Origin: Octopus vulgaris | Lineage: Eukaryota | DNA: 64,000 nucleotides | Assembly: GCA_951406725.2 (NCBI GenBank) | Contig: OX597816.1 | Span: 10,168,001-10,232,000, forward strand | Direction: 5' to 3' | Part shown: piece after piece, positions 46,501 to 58,757 of the stretch | Position numbering within the stretch: the first letter of the stretch is position 1 | How the letters are laid out: the number at the start of each line of letters is the position of its first letter | The notes under the pieces: generated by a model | Database searches by the model: none | Seen by the model: the letters and a program-made list of their open reading frames with translations, nothing else | Told to the model about the DNA's origin: nothing | Program-made: the position numbers and the translations under genes

Positions 46501-46621
46501 AATATGTAGACACATACCTACATATATATATAAAGTTAATCCAAACATGAAAACACAACAATGCGAGGAAGTGGAACAAGTATAGTGTTATTGGATGCTC
46601 AGGTAAGGAAAGAAAGAAGAA

Positions 46622-46660
46622 GGAATTAACATTTCGAGCAGAGCTCTTCATCAGAAACAT
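46622..46660 (-). ncRNA. Minimal type I hammerhead ribozyme motif (Penelope pseudo-LTR remnant)
   Basis: Minus strand gttt-CTGATGA-A-GAGC-tct-GCTC-GAAA-tgt-TA; canonical core and helix II, helix I decayed. Confidence 0.65.
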
Positions 46661-46722
46661 AAGAAAGGGAAAGATCCAAGGAAGGGAAGACGGAGGAAAA
46701 ACTCCCTGTTTATTTCTGTGTT

Positions 46723-46850
46723 CCTTTTTGCTGAAGAGCATAGGCTCAAAATGTAAAAGACTTTCTCACTTCCCGAGCTTTAAACTACTACATCTGTTTG
46801 TTGTTTACATACCCGTTTTTGTCTTTCGTTTTTTTTGTAAATTCTCATTA
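46723..46850 (+). mobile_element. Penelope-like pseudo-LTR remnant with decayed hammerhead motif
   Basis: cttt-TTGCTGA-A-GAGC-atag-GCTC-AAAA-tgt-a-aaag; homologous to 53388-53505 and 54410-54545. Confidence 0.6.
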
Positions 46851-47304
46851 TATATATATACACACACACACATATATATATGTATACACACACCCACACA
46901 CATACACACATATACTTGCACATGTACAAGCCTTTTGTGTACATGCGTATTGTGCATATATGCACACATTTAGATTAATACTTAGCCGTGTGTGCTGTCT
47001 CAGTGTTAGCAATGAAGTACTTAAGACAGAAATGTTTCTCTTAATATGATATTGAAGTTCAGCTCTGAACAAAATCAAGATATCAAGATTGACAACCTGT
47101 TTCATGCAGAATTTGGTTTCAAATTATGTGTTCATTGAGGCTTTGCTGCGGAATTTTGTCTTCTTCCTGATATTTGAAGATTCTCACATTATAATTTCAG
47201 ACTTGATATCCCTTGAAATTCTTTATATTGTTGTATCCCATGCAGCCTGATTGATAACTAATCTAATTTAGATATTATATTGAAATATGGAATTTGTTAA
47301 GTGA

Positions 47305-47332
47305 ATGTATATATGTGTATATGTATGCATAC

Positions 47333-47367
<35 letters not shown>

Positions 47368-47705
47368 CATCTGTATTTGTTTCTGTGTGTGTGTGTATAT
47401 ATAGATATATATGTATATAGATATATATATATATATGTATATAGATATATATGTGTATATATACATATGTGTATTATATATACATATGTGTATTATATAT
47501 ATATATGTATATATATACATATATATATATAGATATATATGTATATAGATATATATATATAAATATATACATATGTATATATATAGTGTGTGTTTTTGTA
47601 TGTATATGTATATGTGTACATATATGTGTGTGTATCTATATACAAATATGCATTCATAAATCTATATATTTATGTATACATACACATACATAAATGTGTG
47701 TGTGG
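47305..47705. repeat. Compound (TA)n/(TG)n microsatellite field
   Basis: Directly visible. Confidence 0.9.
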
Positions 47706-48547
47706 GTGTAACGCCACACATATACACGTCTTCTCAAAGTTGATATGAGGAATACAGAATTTTGATTACATAAACAGGTTCTGAGATGAAATTGTTGATG
47801 TGAGTTGATGATAAATTACAAGAAATTAGAAAATGGTTTGGAGACACACATCGCTGAGCAGTGCTGGGATACAAAGGAAAATTCACAGCATGTAGCCAAA
47901 TATAGGACTCGCAAAGGCTTTAGGAAGCAGGAAAGAGAATCGCTAAGCTCTAATTATTGCTTACAATACATTCTGGTCAAGTGGAATTAACTAACGTACA
48001 CACATTCAGAGCTGTAAATGTTTGCAGATTAATCACAAAAACCATATTATTTATTCAATTGTAGTGAAACTCTCAAACATTGGTCTTAATGAATTTGAAA
48101 AGTTGCAGCTGAGCATGTCCGTGGATTGTGTCACATCACTGGTGTCCAAACAGCTCAACTGACCTGAATGTAAATAGATACCATGGGCTGATACATGGTT
48201 AATGCTCTAAGCTGTGACAATACTATAAACCAAAGCTGAATTTCTTGTTTAAACCTGGTTAGAAAGCAACAGACTTGAATGTAAGTTATCTTTTCTGCAA
48301 GATTGGTAAATTCATTCACTGAATTTAACAGGTATAATTCACTCTTTGATGCTAACTCTTTCATGATCAATGGTGCTGGCATGGCTGTGTAGTTAAGAAA
48401 TTTGTTTCCCAACCACATGGCTCTGGGTTCAGTCCCATTGCATGTCATTTTGGGAAAGTGTTTTCTGCCATAACCTGGCCTAACCAAAGCCTTGTAAAAT
48501 GGGAACTAAAAGAATGTGGTTTGTTTGATATATACATATATACTAGT

Positions 48548-48872
48548 GAAGGCGCGTGGCTTAGTGGTTAGGGGCATTTCAGCTCATGATCATAAGGTTG
48601 TGAGTTCAATTCCCGGCGGTGCATTGAGTCCTTGAGCAAGATACTTTATTTCACGTTGCTCCAGTTCACTCAGCTGGCAAAAATGAGTAGTACCAGTATT
48701 TCAAAGGGACAGCCTTGTCACACACTGTGCCACGCTGAATCCCCTCGAGAACTACGTTAAGGGTACACGTGTCTGTGGAGTGCTCAGCCACTTGCACATT
48801 AATTTCACAAGCAAGCTGTTCCATTAATCGTATCTGTTGGGACCCTCGTCATCGCAACCGACAGAGTGCTCC
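48548..48872 (+). mobile_element. tRNA-derived CORE-type SINE (family D head, different 3' half)
   Basis: GAAGGCGCGTGGCTTAGTGGTTAG A box, GAGTTCAATTCC B box, CCTTGAGCAAGATACTTTATTTCACGTTGCTCCAGTTCACTCAGCTG shared with 43561. Confidence 0.85.
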
Positions 48873-48884
48873 AACATATATATA

Positions 48885-49970
48885 CTAGCAGTGTAGCCCG
48901 GCTTTGCCCAGGATTAAGTTAGGATTATTAAGCTAATCAAGTTCTTTATTTCAAACCAAACTAATTAACATTGACGTCAAATTTGAGCGAAATCCGTTGA
49001 AATTGGTAAACTTTTGGCTGAAAATGAGTTGCAGACAACTTGATTGGGAAATTCCGTAAGGAATCGGTTTATGGATTTTTACCACTCATCGGTTTTTTTT
49101 TTTGTTTTTGGATAACCTAAAGCATTCAAAGAACCCATGAGTCCTAAGTAATGCAGGCATAAAGCTACGCATAATACTGCTGTAATACACATGCTGCATA
49201 CATTCCTACAACAACATTTTCTTTACGTACTATAAAAGCAGAATTAATCTGCCTACAGCTCAGTCGCACGCCTGTGTTTCGCTTATTTTTTTGTGTTTTA
49301 CTACATAAACATCACCAACCTTTACCCTGAGTAATTACTGATAGCACATGCCTGATATATATGCTCTGTTTGGGCAGTTGGTGATGAGAATGCACATGTT
49401 GTGCTCGATTTTGAGTTTCTGAGTGATCCTTCATTCTTCTAAATCGGAAAGTGTTTGTATATTCATAGTCTGTGATGATTGCTTACTTTGGTATTGTTTC
49501 GCTTCCTTCATATGTAACTTAATTAAGCTTGGCCAATGTTTAGATAGTGGTGTCTAGTTTGGGGAGGTTCTATGGCGTATATGTATGTGTGTGTGTTTGT
49601 GTCTCGTTTTGAGATAAATTAATTGAAATTTGGTTCATTAGAAAGAATTAGGTCACAATATGAGGTCAAAAATGAGAGAGTGAGGCAAAAAATTGTCTTT
49701 GAATCAAACTATCTCAGTTATTTTAAAAGAAAAGTATAGATTAATTGGATTTAAAAGAATGTGTTCATTGAGAAGAATGTGGTTTCAAAAACATTGTAAA
49801 TAACCCCCCCCCCAATTCAAATTGATTTTGAATTAAAATATCTCAGCTATTGTAAATGAAAACTATACAATAGTTGTGTTCAGATGAAAGAGCTACATGA
49901 GAAGCATATTATGGTGAAAAACCCCATCAAAGATATTGGCTGGAAAGAAATGGTGTGGCTTTAAGTGATG
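48885..49970 (-). mobile_element. Putative non-autonomous Helitron (5' boundary uncertain)
   Basis: A|CTAG followed by hairpin CCCGGCTTTGCCCAGG, as in the other Helitron 3' ends. Confidence 0.6.
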
Positions 49971-50106
49971 ATAAAAGGTGATAATTTTTTTAGAGAAAAA
50001 TAACATTTTAAGTTAATATTATTGATTAAAAATTTTTTTGTATTAAGCCAAAACATAATCTTAACATACCAAAATATTTTTGTCATTTTAAAAGAAAAAT
50101 ACTATC

Positions 50107-50334
50107 TTAACCCTTTTGTTACCATATTTATTTTGAGATGTTCTGTGTTTCTTTCAATTACTTTAAATATAACAAAGAATTTAGTAAAATAACTTAGTTA
50201 TCATTAAGCTAGTGTTAGGAACATAAATTGTGACTAAGGTTTGGTGGAAGATTTTAATACAAAACTTATGTAAACAAGATATTTGTACTCAGAACCAGAG
50301 CCGGTCTCAGCTGAGTTGGTAGCAAAAGGGTTAA
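50107..50334 (-). mobile_element. Solo piggyBac-like MITE (same family as the 16091-17350 array)
   Basis: TTAA-CCCTTTTG...CAAAAGGG-TTAA; reverse complement of the array unit. Confidence 0.9.
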
Positions 50335-50774
50335 GTTAACATTTCTTTGTATAAAGCTAAAACATTTCTATCTTATTTTCAATATTACTAAAATAAAAAA
50401 TATAATGGTAAACATAATTAAAATAATTGATATGCTGCCTGGTAAAAAAAAAAAAGTGGACTAGAATGAAAAATGTGGGCACAGCGTGATACAATATTCT
50501 TAAGTACTGAATCTGGAAAAATACAGGACAAGCATTGGTGAAGCCTGGTAAAGTACAAGACAATTAGTCATGACTCCCAGAAAAAGTTCCGGACAAGAAA
50601 AATTTAAACTATTGCAACTGATGTTAGACTAAATATATTTCTGAAATTGTTCATCAAACTGTGTTTTTTATTTTTATGTTTTTGCCTTTTATTGTAATAT
50701 TTTAAAAATTATGGTAATAGTTTAGATTTAAACATTTCTTTGTATTAAGCTAAAGCATTATTTAGTATTTTCTT

Positions 50775-51188
50775 TTATTTCTTATTTGCTTCACTGTTCA
50801 GACTGCGGTCATGCTGGGGCACTACTATGAAGGATTTTGGTTGATTAAATTGACCCCTGTACATTTTTTCTTTAAAGCCAGTTACTAATTCTGTCTGTTA
50901 CTTCTGTGAAACCGTTATGTTATGGGGGTGTAAAGACACCGACATCAGTTGTCAAGTGGTGATGGTGGATAAACATAGACACAAAGACACACACACACAT
51001 TTATCTATCTATAAATAGATAGATATGATGGTCATCTTTCAGTTTCCATCTACTAAATCCACTCACAGGGCTTTGGCCAATCCAAGGCTGTAGTAGAAGA
51101 CACTTCACTTTGTTGTTATGCTGTGGACTGAACCTGGAACCATGTGCTTGAAAAGCAAATCTCTTGCCACGCAGCCATACCTACACCT
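50775..51188 (-). mobile_element. SINE family A, diverged
   Basis: Reverse-complement copy. Confidence 0.8.
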
Positions 51189-51222
51189 ACTATATGTTAT
51201 ATTATTTTTTGATTTAAGACAG

Positions 51223-51600
51223 TGAGCTGGCAGAATTGTTGCACACTGGATGAAATGTTTAGCGGTATTTCGCCTGTCTTTACATTCTGAGTTCAAATTC
51301 CATCGAGGTCGACTTTGCCTTTCATCCTTTCAGGGTCAATAAAATAAGTACCAGTTGAGTACTGAGGTCAATGTAATCAACTGGCCCCCTGCCCCCAAAC
51401 TTTCGGGCCTTGTGCCTAGAGTAGAAAAGAATGCTTAGCTTATTTCATTTGTCTTTACATTCTGAGTTCAAACTCTACTGAGGTCGATTTTGCCTTTCAT
51501 CCTTTTGGAGATAAATTAAGTACCAGTTGCGTACTAATGTTGATCTAATCGACTGCCCCCTCCCTCTAAAATTTTGGGCCTTGTGCCTAAAGTAGAAAAG
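51223..51600 (+). mobile_element. Two tandem family C SINEs
   Basis: GAGCTGGCAGAATTG head; second copy begins at about 51430; both end GGCCTTGTGCCTA.AGTAGAAAAG. Confidence 0.85.
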
Positions 51601-52265
51601 ATTATTTTCTAATTTTATTTTCTTAGCAAAACATTATCCAAAAATTTTAAATCACAGATATTTTGTTAAAATTAAAGTCATGTAGAATGTAAGTATCTTA
51701 AAAATACAAGTAAAAAAATAGTAAAAAAACAAAAGAATTAATTTCTTTAATGTTTGCATTATCAGATAACAAACTGTTTTCTATTTAGAGTCAGAAGAAT
51801 ATTAAAAAAAAGATTCAAGCTACCAAAGAAATTGAGTGCAAAATGTAGAAATGTCTCTAGCTTTTTTTTTCCAAAATTTTGGGGTTATAATACATTGTCA
51901 ATTTTGCTTAAATTGCTATTTTGTGATATTTTTTAAATAAATAAAGCATTAAATTTGTAATGTTAAATTTTTAATGTGTAAAGTTGTTAGCAATTAGTCT
52001 TTTCACTAATATTGAAAATAAATAGCTTCTTGTGTATTTTAATTTAAACTTTTATGTAAGAATAAAAAAAATATAAAAGAGTATTTATTACTATTTTAGT
52101 TTTTAAATTCTAAATTCAGCTGAAATATTTTAACATCTTTTTCTTCTTATATAGGATGAAATGAAAAAAAAATCTTAAAATATTACAGCTGAATTTAGAA
52201 TTTCCAGGTTCAATACTTAAGGATATTCTAGCACCCTGCATCCACATTTTTCATTTTATATATAA

Positions 52266-52641
52266 CTAGCAGTATCGCCCGGCGTTGCTCGGGTTTGTAA
52301 GGGAAATAACTATATAAGCATTTTTAGAGATGTCAAGTATAATAGCCATCTCAATTTGGCTGACCACAAAGTTGGGGTGTTACTGTAGCTTTTTACGTTC
52401 TGAGATTTAATAATATATTTTTAGAGAGTTACTTCCCTTATATAATAGCAAAAAATGCATTAAAAATGATGGTAAATTTTTTTTTTTAAATCGTAGACAT
52501 GCGCTAATACCCAGAAGGGCTCGATATGAATCACGACTATAAGATACCTGCTTTTGGTTAAACTGCACCGCAAAATGTGGGAGTAGTTAGGAATCTAAAT
52601 CGTAGGAGACAGACACACAACTTGACTTTTATATATAAAGA
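52266..52641 (-). mobile_element. Non-autonomous Helitron (same family as 10366-10880)
   Basis: A|CTAG, hairpin CCCGGCGTTGCTCGGG, other end TTTATATATAAAGA|T. Confidence 0.85.
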
Positions 52642-52744
52642 TATGTCAAACACTCAGCAAATAACAGCTGATAATACACAAAAACTATTATTATGATTCA
52701 AATTAAAGCCTGTTCATTCCATCTTCTTGTATACTCTCTCTCTC

Positions 52745-53136
52745 TTTTACTGTTTTACTTGTTTCAGTCATTTGACTGTGGCCATGCTGGAGCACTGCCT
52801 TTAGTCAAGCAAATCGACCCCAGGACTTATTCTTTGTAAGCCTAGTACTTTATCAGTCTCTCGTGCTGAGCCACTAAGTTATGGGGACGTAAACACACCA
52901 GCATCGGTTGTCAACCAAAGCAGGAGGACAAATACAGATACACAAACACATATATATACATACATATATATGACGGGCTTCTTTCAGTTTCTGTCTACCA
53001 AATCCATTCACAAGGCTTTGGTCAGCTCAAGGCTATAGTAGAAGACACTTGCCCAAGGTGCCACGCAGTAGGACTGAACCCAGAACCATGTGGTTGGTAA
53101 GCAAGCTACTTACCACACAGCCACTCCTGCGCCTAT
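52745..53136 (-). mobile_element. SINE family A
   Basis: Full reverse-complement copy. Confidence 0.9.
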
Positions 53137-53387
53137 AATAAATTTATATATATAACTGGGTGTTTTCACACCTTTTACCATAAGAGAGATATTTTCTCCG
53201 CAGTAACTGCAGTGTATTTGCCTTTTAGCTGTTGAAAAATGTCACAAATATATTTTAACTAACCTAAATATGGCTTATATCTATATATCTCACCATGTTG
53301 GACCTTTGAACTCTGCACATTTTTCTCTCTCCATCTTTTTCATTCACTCTCCATTTTTTTCATTCTCTCTCCATTTTTCCATTATTC

Positions 53388-53505
53388 CTTTCTATTAAAG
53401 AGCGTAGGCTCAAAATGTAAAAGGCTTTTCCATTTTTCCCGAGCATTAAACTAATATACCTGCTTGTTGTCCCTACACCTATCTTTTGTTTTCTGTAAAT
53501 TTGAA
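53388..53505 (+). mobile_element. Penelope-like pseudo-LTR remnant with decayed hammerhead motif
   Basis: cttt-CTATTAA-A-GAGC-gtag-GCTC-AAAA-tgt-a-aaag; ends at (TA)n. Confidence 0.55.
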
Positions 53506-54409
53506 CTATATATATGTGTGTGTGTGTGTGTGTATTAAGAAGAAAGTGACAGTCAGAATTTTGGATAATTCTTTATTTTTAAATAAATTTTAAAGAAAAT
53601 TTCTGGGTCAAGAGACTTTATCTTCATGGCTTTACCTCCAAATGCTCTTTAGCTGCTCAGTGTTTCATACATTTTACTCAGTGTTTGACCTGAAAACCCT
53701 GAACTATTGACCTCCACTGAGTAACACCTCATTCTCCCACCCATTCTTTCAGCAGTCCTTGGGCAACTCCTGCACTTTGGTTCCCTTCCTCTCTTGAGCC
53801 TCCTCTATCCTCCCCTCCTCGTAGTTAACTCCAATAGAACTAGTGGCTTTGGAAACCAAGATGGTATCTGATCTTAGCAAGGCATAGGTGATGTGAACTG
53901 GAACTTTTAGCTTTTTCTCTACATCCGTTTCAATCACCCAGCCTATGTGTGTGTATGCTTATTTTTAACAGTTTCTCCCACCCCCTGACTCTTTCTCTCT
54001 CTCTTTCTGTGGAAACAATGCTCAGGTACAAATGCTAACTTATAGTTAAATACACAGAAAAGAAATCTATGATTGCCATTGGCTGATGAAGTCAGTCAAA
54101 TGCAGATTAAATACATTCAATTACTTGATGTGAATTATTGTCACAGTTTGCTAAATTGCAATTATGCTGGCAGAGCACAGCAGAGAATGAAATATTTGGG
54201 GTTTCTTTTTTTGTATAAACATTGTATCAATGTTTTGAAAAATTATTGCGCCGTTGAGAAAACCAGTCAATCACTGGTTACAATTTTGTTCGGAATTGAG
54301 TAAGGAATCCTATCAATGCACTTAAGTGATTAGTTTTAAGTACAATATAAATTAAAACTCCACTATTGAGAATCTACAAGTTTTTAGTTATATATATATA
54401 TATATATAT

Positions 54410-54545
54410 AGTTGAAATTTACAGAAAAACAAAAGACCAAGACAGGTGTATAAACAACAAACAGGTATATTAGTTTGGCACTCAGGTAGGTGAGAAAGTC
54501 TTTTATGTTTCGAGCCTATGCTCTTCAACAGAAAGGAACATGAGG
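54410..54545 (-). mobile_element. Penelope-like pseudo-LTR remnant with the best-preserved hammerhead motif (54500-54535)
   Basis: Minus strand cttt-CTGTTGA-A-GAGC-atag-GCTC-GAAA-caT-A-aaag; helices I and II intact; ends at (TA)n. Confidence 0.65.
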
Positions 54546-54767
54546 AAATAAACAAAGAGAATAAAGAAAAAAAAAAACCCTTGGAGCTAGCGGTCAATCA
54601 TATATATATAATAAATAGTAAATAATATATGTATATATATACACGCGCATATAGATATAAATATAGATATATATATACAAATGTACATATACATCTATAT
54701 ACATATATATACACATAAATCTCTCTCTCTCTATATATATATATACATATATATATTTATATATATA

Positions 54768-56426
54768 CTAGCAGTATTGCCCGGCGTTGCTCGGGTTTGT
54801 TTCGACCCGCTGGAATTGTAATTTTGAAAAGTAAAAATTTTGTGAACATTTTTCTGGTCGAAATACACCGAAAAGTGGCGACACAGCAGTGAAAAAATCG
54901 TAAAAAATAGGGATTTTCATAGAAAAAAGCATCTTTTTGATGTAAATAATTTTTGGTGTAAACATGGTCCGATTTGAATTTTATGTTCTACGGAAGGAAG
55001 AGCAACCCTTCTTCTACCATACTCTCAATTTTGGTCAACTTGCGCCGCAGGGACTCGGAGGAGATAGTGTTAGTTGAAGGTTACCATTCTAGGTGCCTGA
55101 GTAACAACCTCGCGGATTTACAGATAAATGAATTAATTACTATTTTACAGAATAAAATTAAATAATTCTTGAAAATTAATTAATATTAATATTTTTTGAA
55201 CAAAGTAAATAATTTTTAAAACTTTAATAATAATTTTTTTTACACAAACGCGAACGGGGAAAAGGGGGTGGCGAATTCGATTTACATACCTAAATTTTTT
55301 CTTTTTCATGACATTGTAGCAAAATAGTAGTGAATTATATAAATACCAGCAGTACATTTTTTTTTCTGGGGTATTTTTTTTCAACCGCGTCACATATTTG
55401 CCCCTTTCAATTTAAACAAAGTCTTAATTAAGCAATTACGGCAGCTTAGCAATGGTTTCAATACAGGCGTGACATCTGTATCTCAATTGTTCAAAACCCT
55501 TCGAATTTTTTCGCACGTGATGATATCATAGTGAAAACTTTCAATTACGCGTGCTTAGAAATACGCTCGCAAATTAATACTACCAAAATTTTGAAGTTCG
55601 CGCTCCGCTTGTGTGTGTGTGTGTGCGTGCTTTAGGTGTACGTAGGTATGTGTTTTTGTGTGTGTGTGTCACTGAAGCCATACATACATATATACATACA
55701 TAACCTATCTCTCTCTTTTCTCTCTCAGTCACTCACTACAAAAAGTGAATAAAAAAAGTTCAGTTATTTCTGTCTTTCACTCTGTCTGTCTCTTTACACA
55801 CACTAACAAAAGCACTTCACTTACACACCACACTTTCTGTGTCGCACAACCCATCAAACACACACACACACACACACTCACGCACGCACACATGTACATC
55901 AATGCTTTCGGAGTGAAATGTTAAAATATTGAGTTTTCTCGAATTTTGTCTTAATTGGGGGTGAAATTGAAAGAAATATATTATGGCATGACCGAATGGA
56001 GTACTTTGGAAAATCTTAGGTAAACTCTAATTGAAGAAATTGTGTGAGGAGTAAATCGTTATGTATTTATTTGTTTCTGTTTGCTGTGTTTTTTTATTTT
56101 TTGAGTAGTGGTTTAAATACTTTCAGTTTAGTCTTCCTCAAATCACTGTCGCTATTTACTTTCATTTTATTCGTTGCACACTGTGTGTGTGCGTGTGCGT
56201 GTGGTGTAAACCACATTAAGAAAAGCATTTGACATACACACCAGAATGTGAGTTTTCTGTAAATTTTGCTTAATTGGAGTTTAAATTTGAAAAACTGGAC
56301 CTGGCATGACCCGATGCATTCTACTCTTAAAAATGCTAGGTAAATTGTAATTGAAGAAATCCTATATTGTAGATTTCTATAAGTTACAAAGGGAGGCAGA
56401 TAAAATCTGCCTTTTATAATAAGAGA
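54768..56426 (-). mobile_element. Non-autonomous Helitron, about 1.66 kb
   Basis: A|CTAGCAGTATTGCCCGGCGTTGCTCGGGTTTGT 3' end shared with the shorter Helitrons; other end TTTTATAATAAGAGA|T with a subterminal hairpin GGCAGATAAAATCTGCC. Confidence 0.75.
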
Positions 56427-56433
56427 TATATAT

Positions 56434-57115
56434 ATCATCATCATCGTTTAACGTCCGCTTTCCATGCTAGCATGGGTTGGACGGTTCAACTGGGGTCTGG
56501 CAAGCCCGAAGGCTGCACCAGGCCAGTCAGATCTGGCAGTGTTTCTACAGCTGGATGCCCTTCCTAACGCCAACCACTCCGAGAGTGTAGTGGGTGATTT
56601 TATGTGCCACCGACACAGGTGCCAGACGAGGCTGGCAGACGGCCACGCTTGGATGGTGTATTTTATGTGCCACCAACACAGGCGCCAGACGAGGCTGGCA
56701 GACGGCCACGCTTGGATGGTGTATTTTATGTGCCACCAACACAGGCGCCAGACGAGGCTGGCAGACGGCCACGCTTGGATGGTGTATTTTATGTGCCACC
56801 AACACAGGCGCCAGACGAGGCTGGCAGACGGCCACGCTTGGATGGTGTATTTTATGTGCCACCAACACAGGCGCCAGACGAGGCTGGCAGACGGCCACGC
56901 TTGGATGGTGTATTTTATGTGCCACCAACACAGGCGCCAGACGAGGCTGGCAGACGGCCACGCTTGGATGGTGTATTTTATGTGCCACCAACACAGGCGC
57001 CAGACGAGGCTGGCAGACGGCCACGCTTGGATGGTGTATTTTATGTGCCACCAACACAGGCGCCAGACGAGGCTGGCCGACCATCTTAACACCATCATCA
57101 CCTTATGCTTTGCTT
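56434..57115 (-). mobile_element. Young family B RTE 3' UTR with homogeneous 63-bp tandem array
   Basis: (CAT)n tail, core, then about 7.6 near-identical 63-bp units (56598-57076). Confidence 0.9.
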
Positions 57116-57129
57116 GAGTGGCCTAGGTA

Positions 57130-57447
57130 AAAATTTATTTGTCTCAACCCATCCTTAGCGCCTATTCTACCTGCGTATAAAATTTCAAGAAAATTGAACA
57201 CTTTAAAAGTTATGGCAGAAAATAACATTCATATGACAATTTGCATTGAAATGACCTACTGGTTTTTGAAAAATCGATGCTGATCAAAAATTATCGATTT
57301 TTTTGAAATTCCAAGTATGTAAGTGACTGCATGGGTATAAGCCTCATGCACGTATCAAGTTTCATAAAGATCGGTTGGATAGTCTTGGAGGAGTTAAGTA
57401 ACAAAATTCACACACACACACACAGCCCCAAACAGAGAGAAATGACC

Positions 57448-57455
<8 letters not shown>
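57130..57455 (-). mobile_element. Truncated Helitron/Helentron-like non-autonomous element end
   Basis: AAGTTTCATAAAGATCGGTTGGATAGTCTTGGAGGAGTT followed by (CA)n and TTTATATATA, the same architecture as the Helitron ends at about 10790-10880. Confidence 0.45.
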
Positions 57456-57483
<28 letters not shown>

Positions 57484-57485
<2 letters not shown>

Positions 57486-57687
57486 TCTTTACTCTCTTTT
57501 ACTTGTTTCAGTCATTTGACTGCGGTCATGCTGGAGCACTACCGTAAGTCAAGCAAATCGACCCCAGGACTTATTCTTTGTAAGCCTAGTATTTATTCTA
57601 TCGGTCTCTTTTTGCCGAACCGCTAAGTGATGGGGACATAAACACACCAGCATCGGTTGTCAAGCAATGCTAGGGGGACAAACACAG

Positions 57688-57718
<31 letters not shown>

Positions 57719-57743
57719 CACACATACATATATATATATACAT

Positions 57744-57774
<31 letters not shown>

Positions 57775-58003
57775 CATATATACACACATACATATATATA
57801 TATACATACACACATACATATATATATATATATACATATATACAACAGGCTTCTTTCAGTTTCCGTCTACCAAATCCACTCACAAGGCATTGGTCGGCCC
57901 AGGGTTATAGTAGAAGACACTTGCCCAAGATGCCACGCAGTGGGACTGAACCCGCAACCATGTGGTTGGTTAGCAAGCTACTTACCACACAGCCACTCCT
58001 GCA

Positions 58004-58006
<3 letters not shown>
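57484..58006 (-). mobile_element. SINE family A with expanded internal microsatellite
   Basis: Full reverse-complement copy. Confidence 0.9.
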
Positions 58007-58042
<36 letters not shown>

Positions 58043-58528
58043 CAAATAAGTGACAAGGATGTCCAGGTATTAGTGCATTGTGGCTGTTTCAAGCAGCTCC
58101 ATTAAATCGATCAATGCAAGCATTACATTAATTACAAATAACCCACTTTCGTCAGATGTATCAACTTAAGTACCCAATTCAATTGAATCTTCATTATTTC
58201 TCATATACTGGTTGACCACGTGCTGTCTGTAATGATGGCTAATTGCAGTATTATATAAATAAGGTACAAAATAAGATACATAATAACCACACATACAAAC
58301 ATTCACAGACGTCCCTTGTACATAATAATCACACATATACTCACACAGAGTTTGTATGCTGATTTTCCTCCCGCTTCTTTCCTTATTTATCTGTCACCCC
58401 TTCTTTTCTCTCATTGCTATTACTTTCTGTCACTGCCTGTCAGTCAGGGCTATTACTCTCACTACTTCTCCTTCACTGAATTACTATTTTCTTTCCTCCT
58501 CCGCATCCGATGTGATTCTGGACAAATA

Positions 58529-58582
<54 letters not shown>

Positions 58583-58757
58583 CATATATATATTTGTGTA
58601 TGTGTATATATATACATATATATATATATATGTATGTATATATATATATATATATATACACATAGACAAATACATAAAAACACTACACTCATTTGACTGT
58701 GGCCATGCACACTGTTACCTGTTTCAGCCCATTTGCTATGATATATATATATATATG

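Noticed and set aside
56448-57130. Long ORFs (161-217 aa) as protein-coding genes
   Set aside because: Produced by a 63-bp tandem repeat inside an RTE 3' UTR; open in five frames with no domain signature
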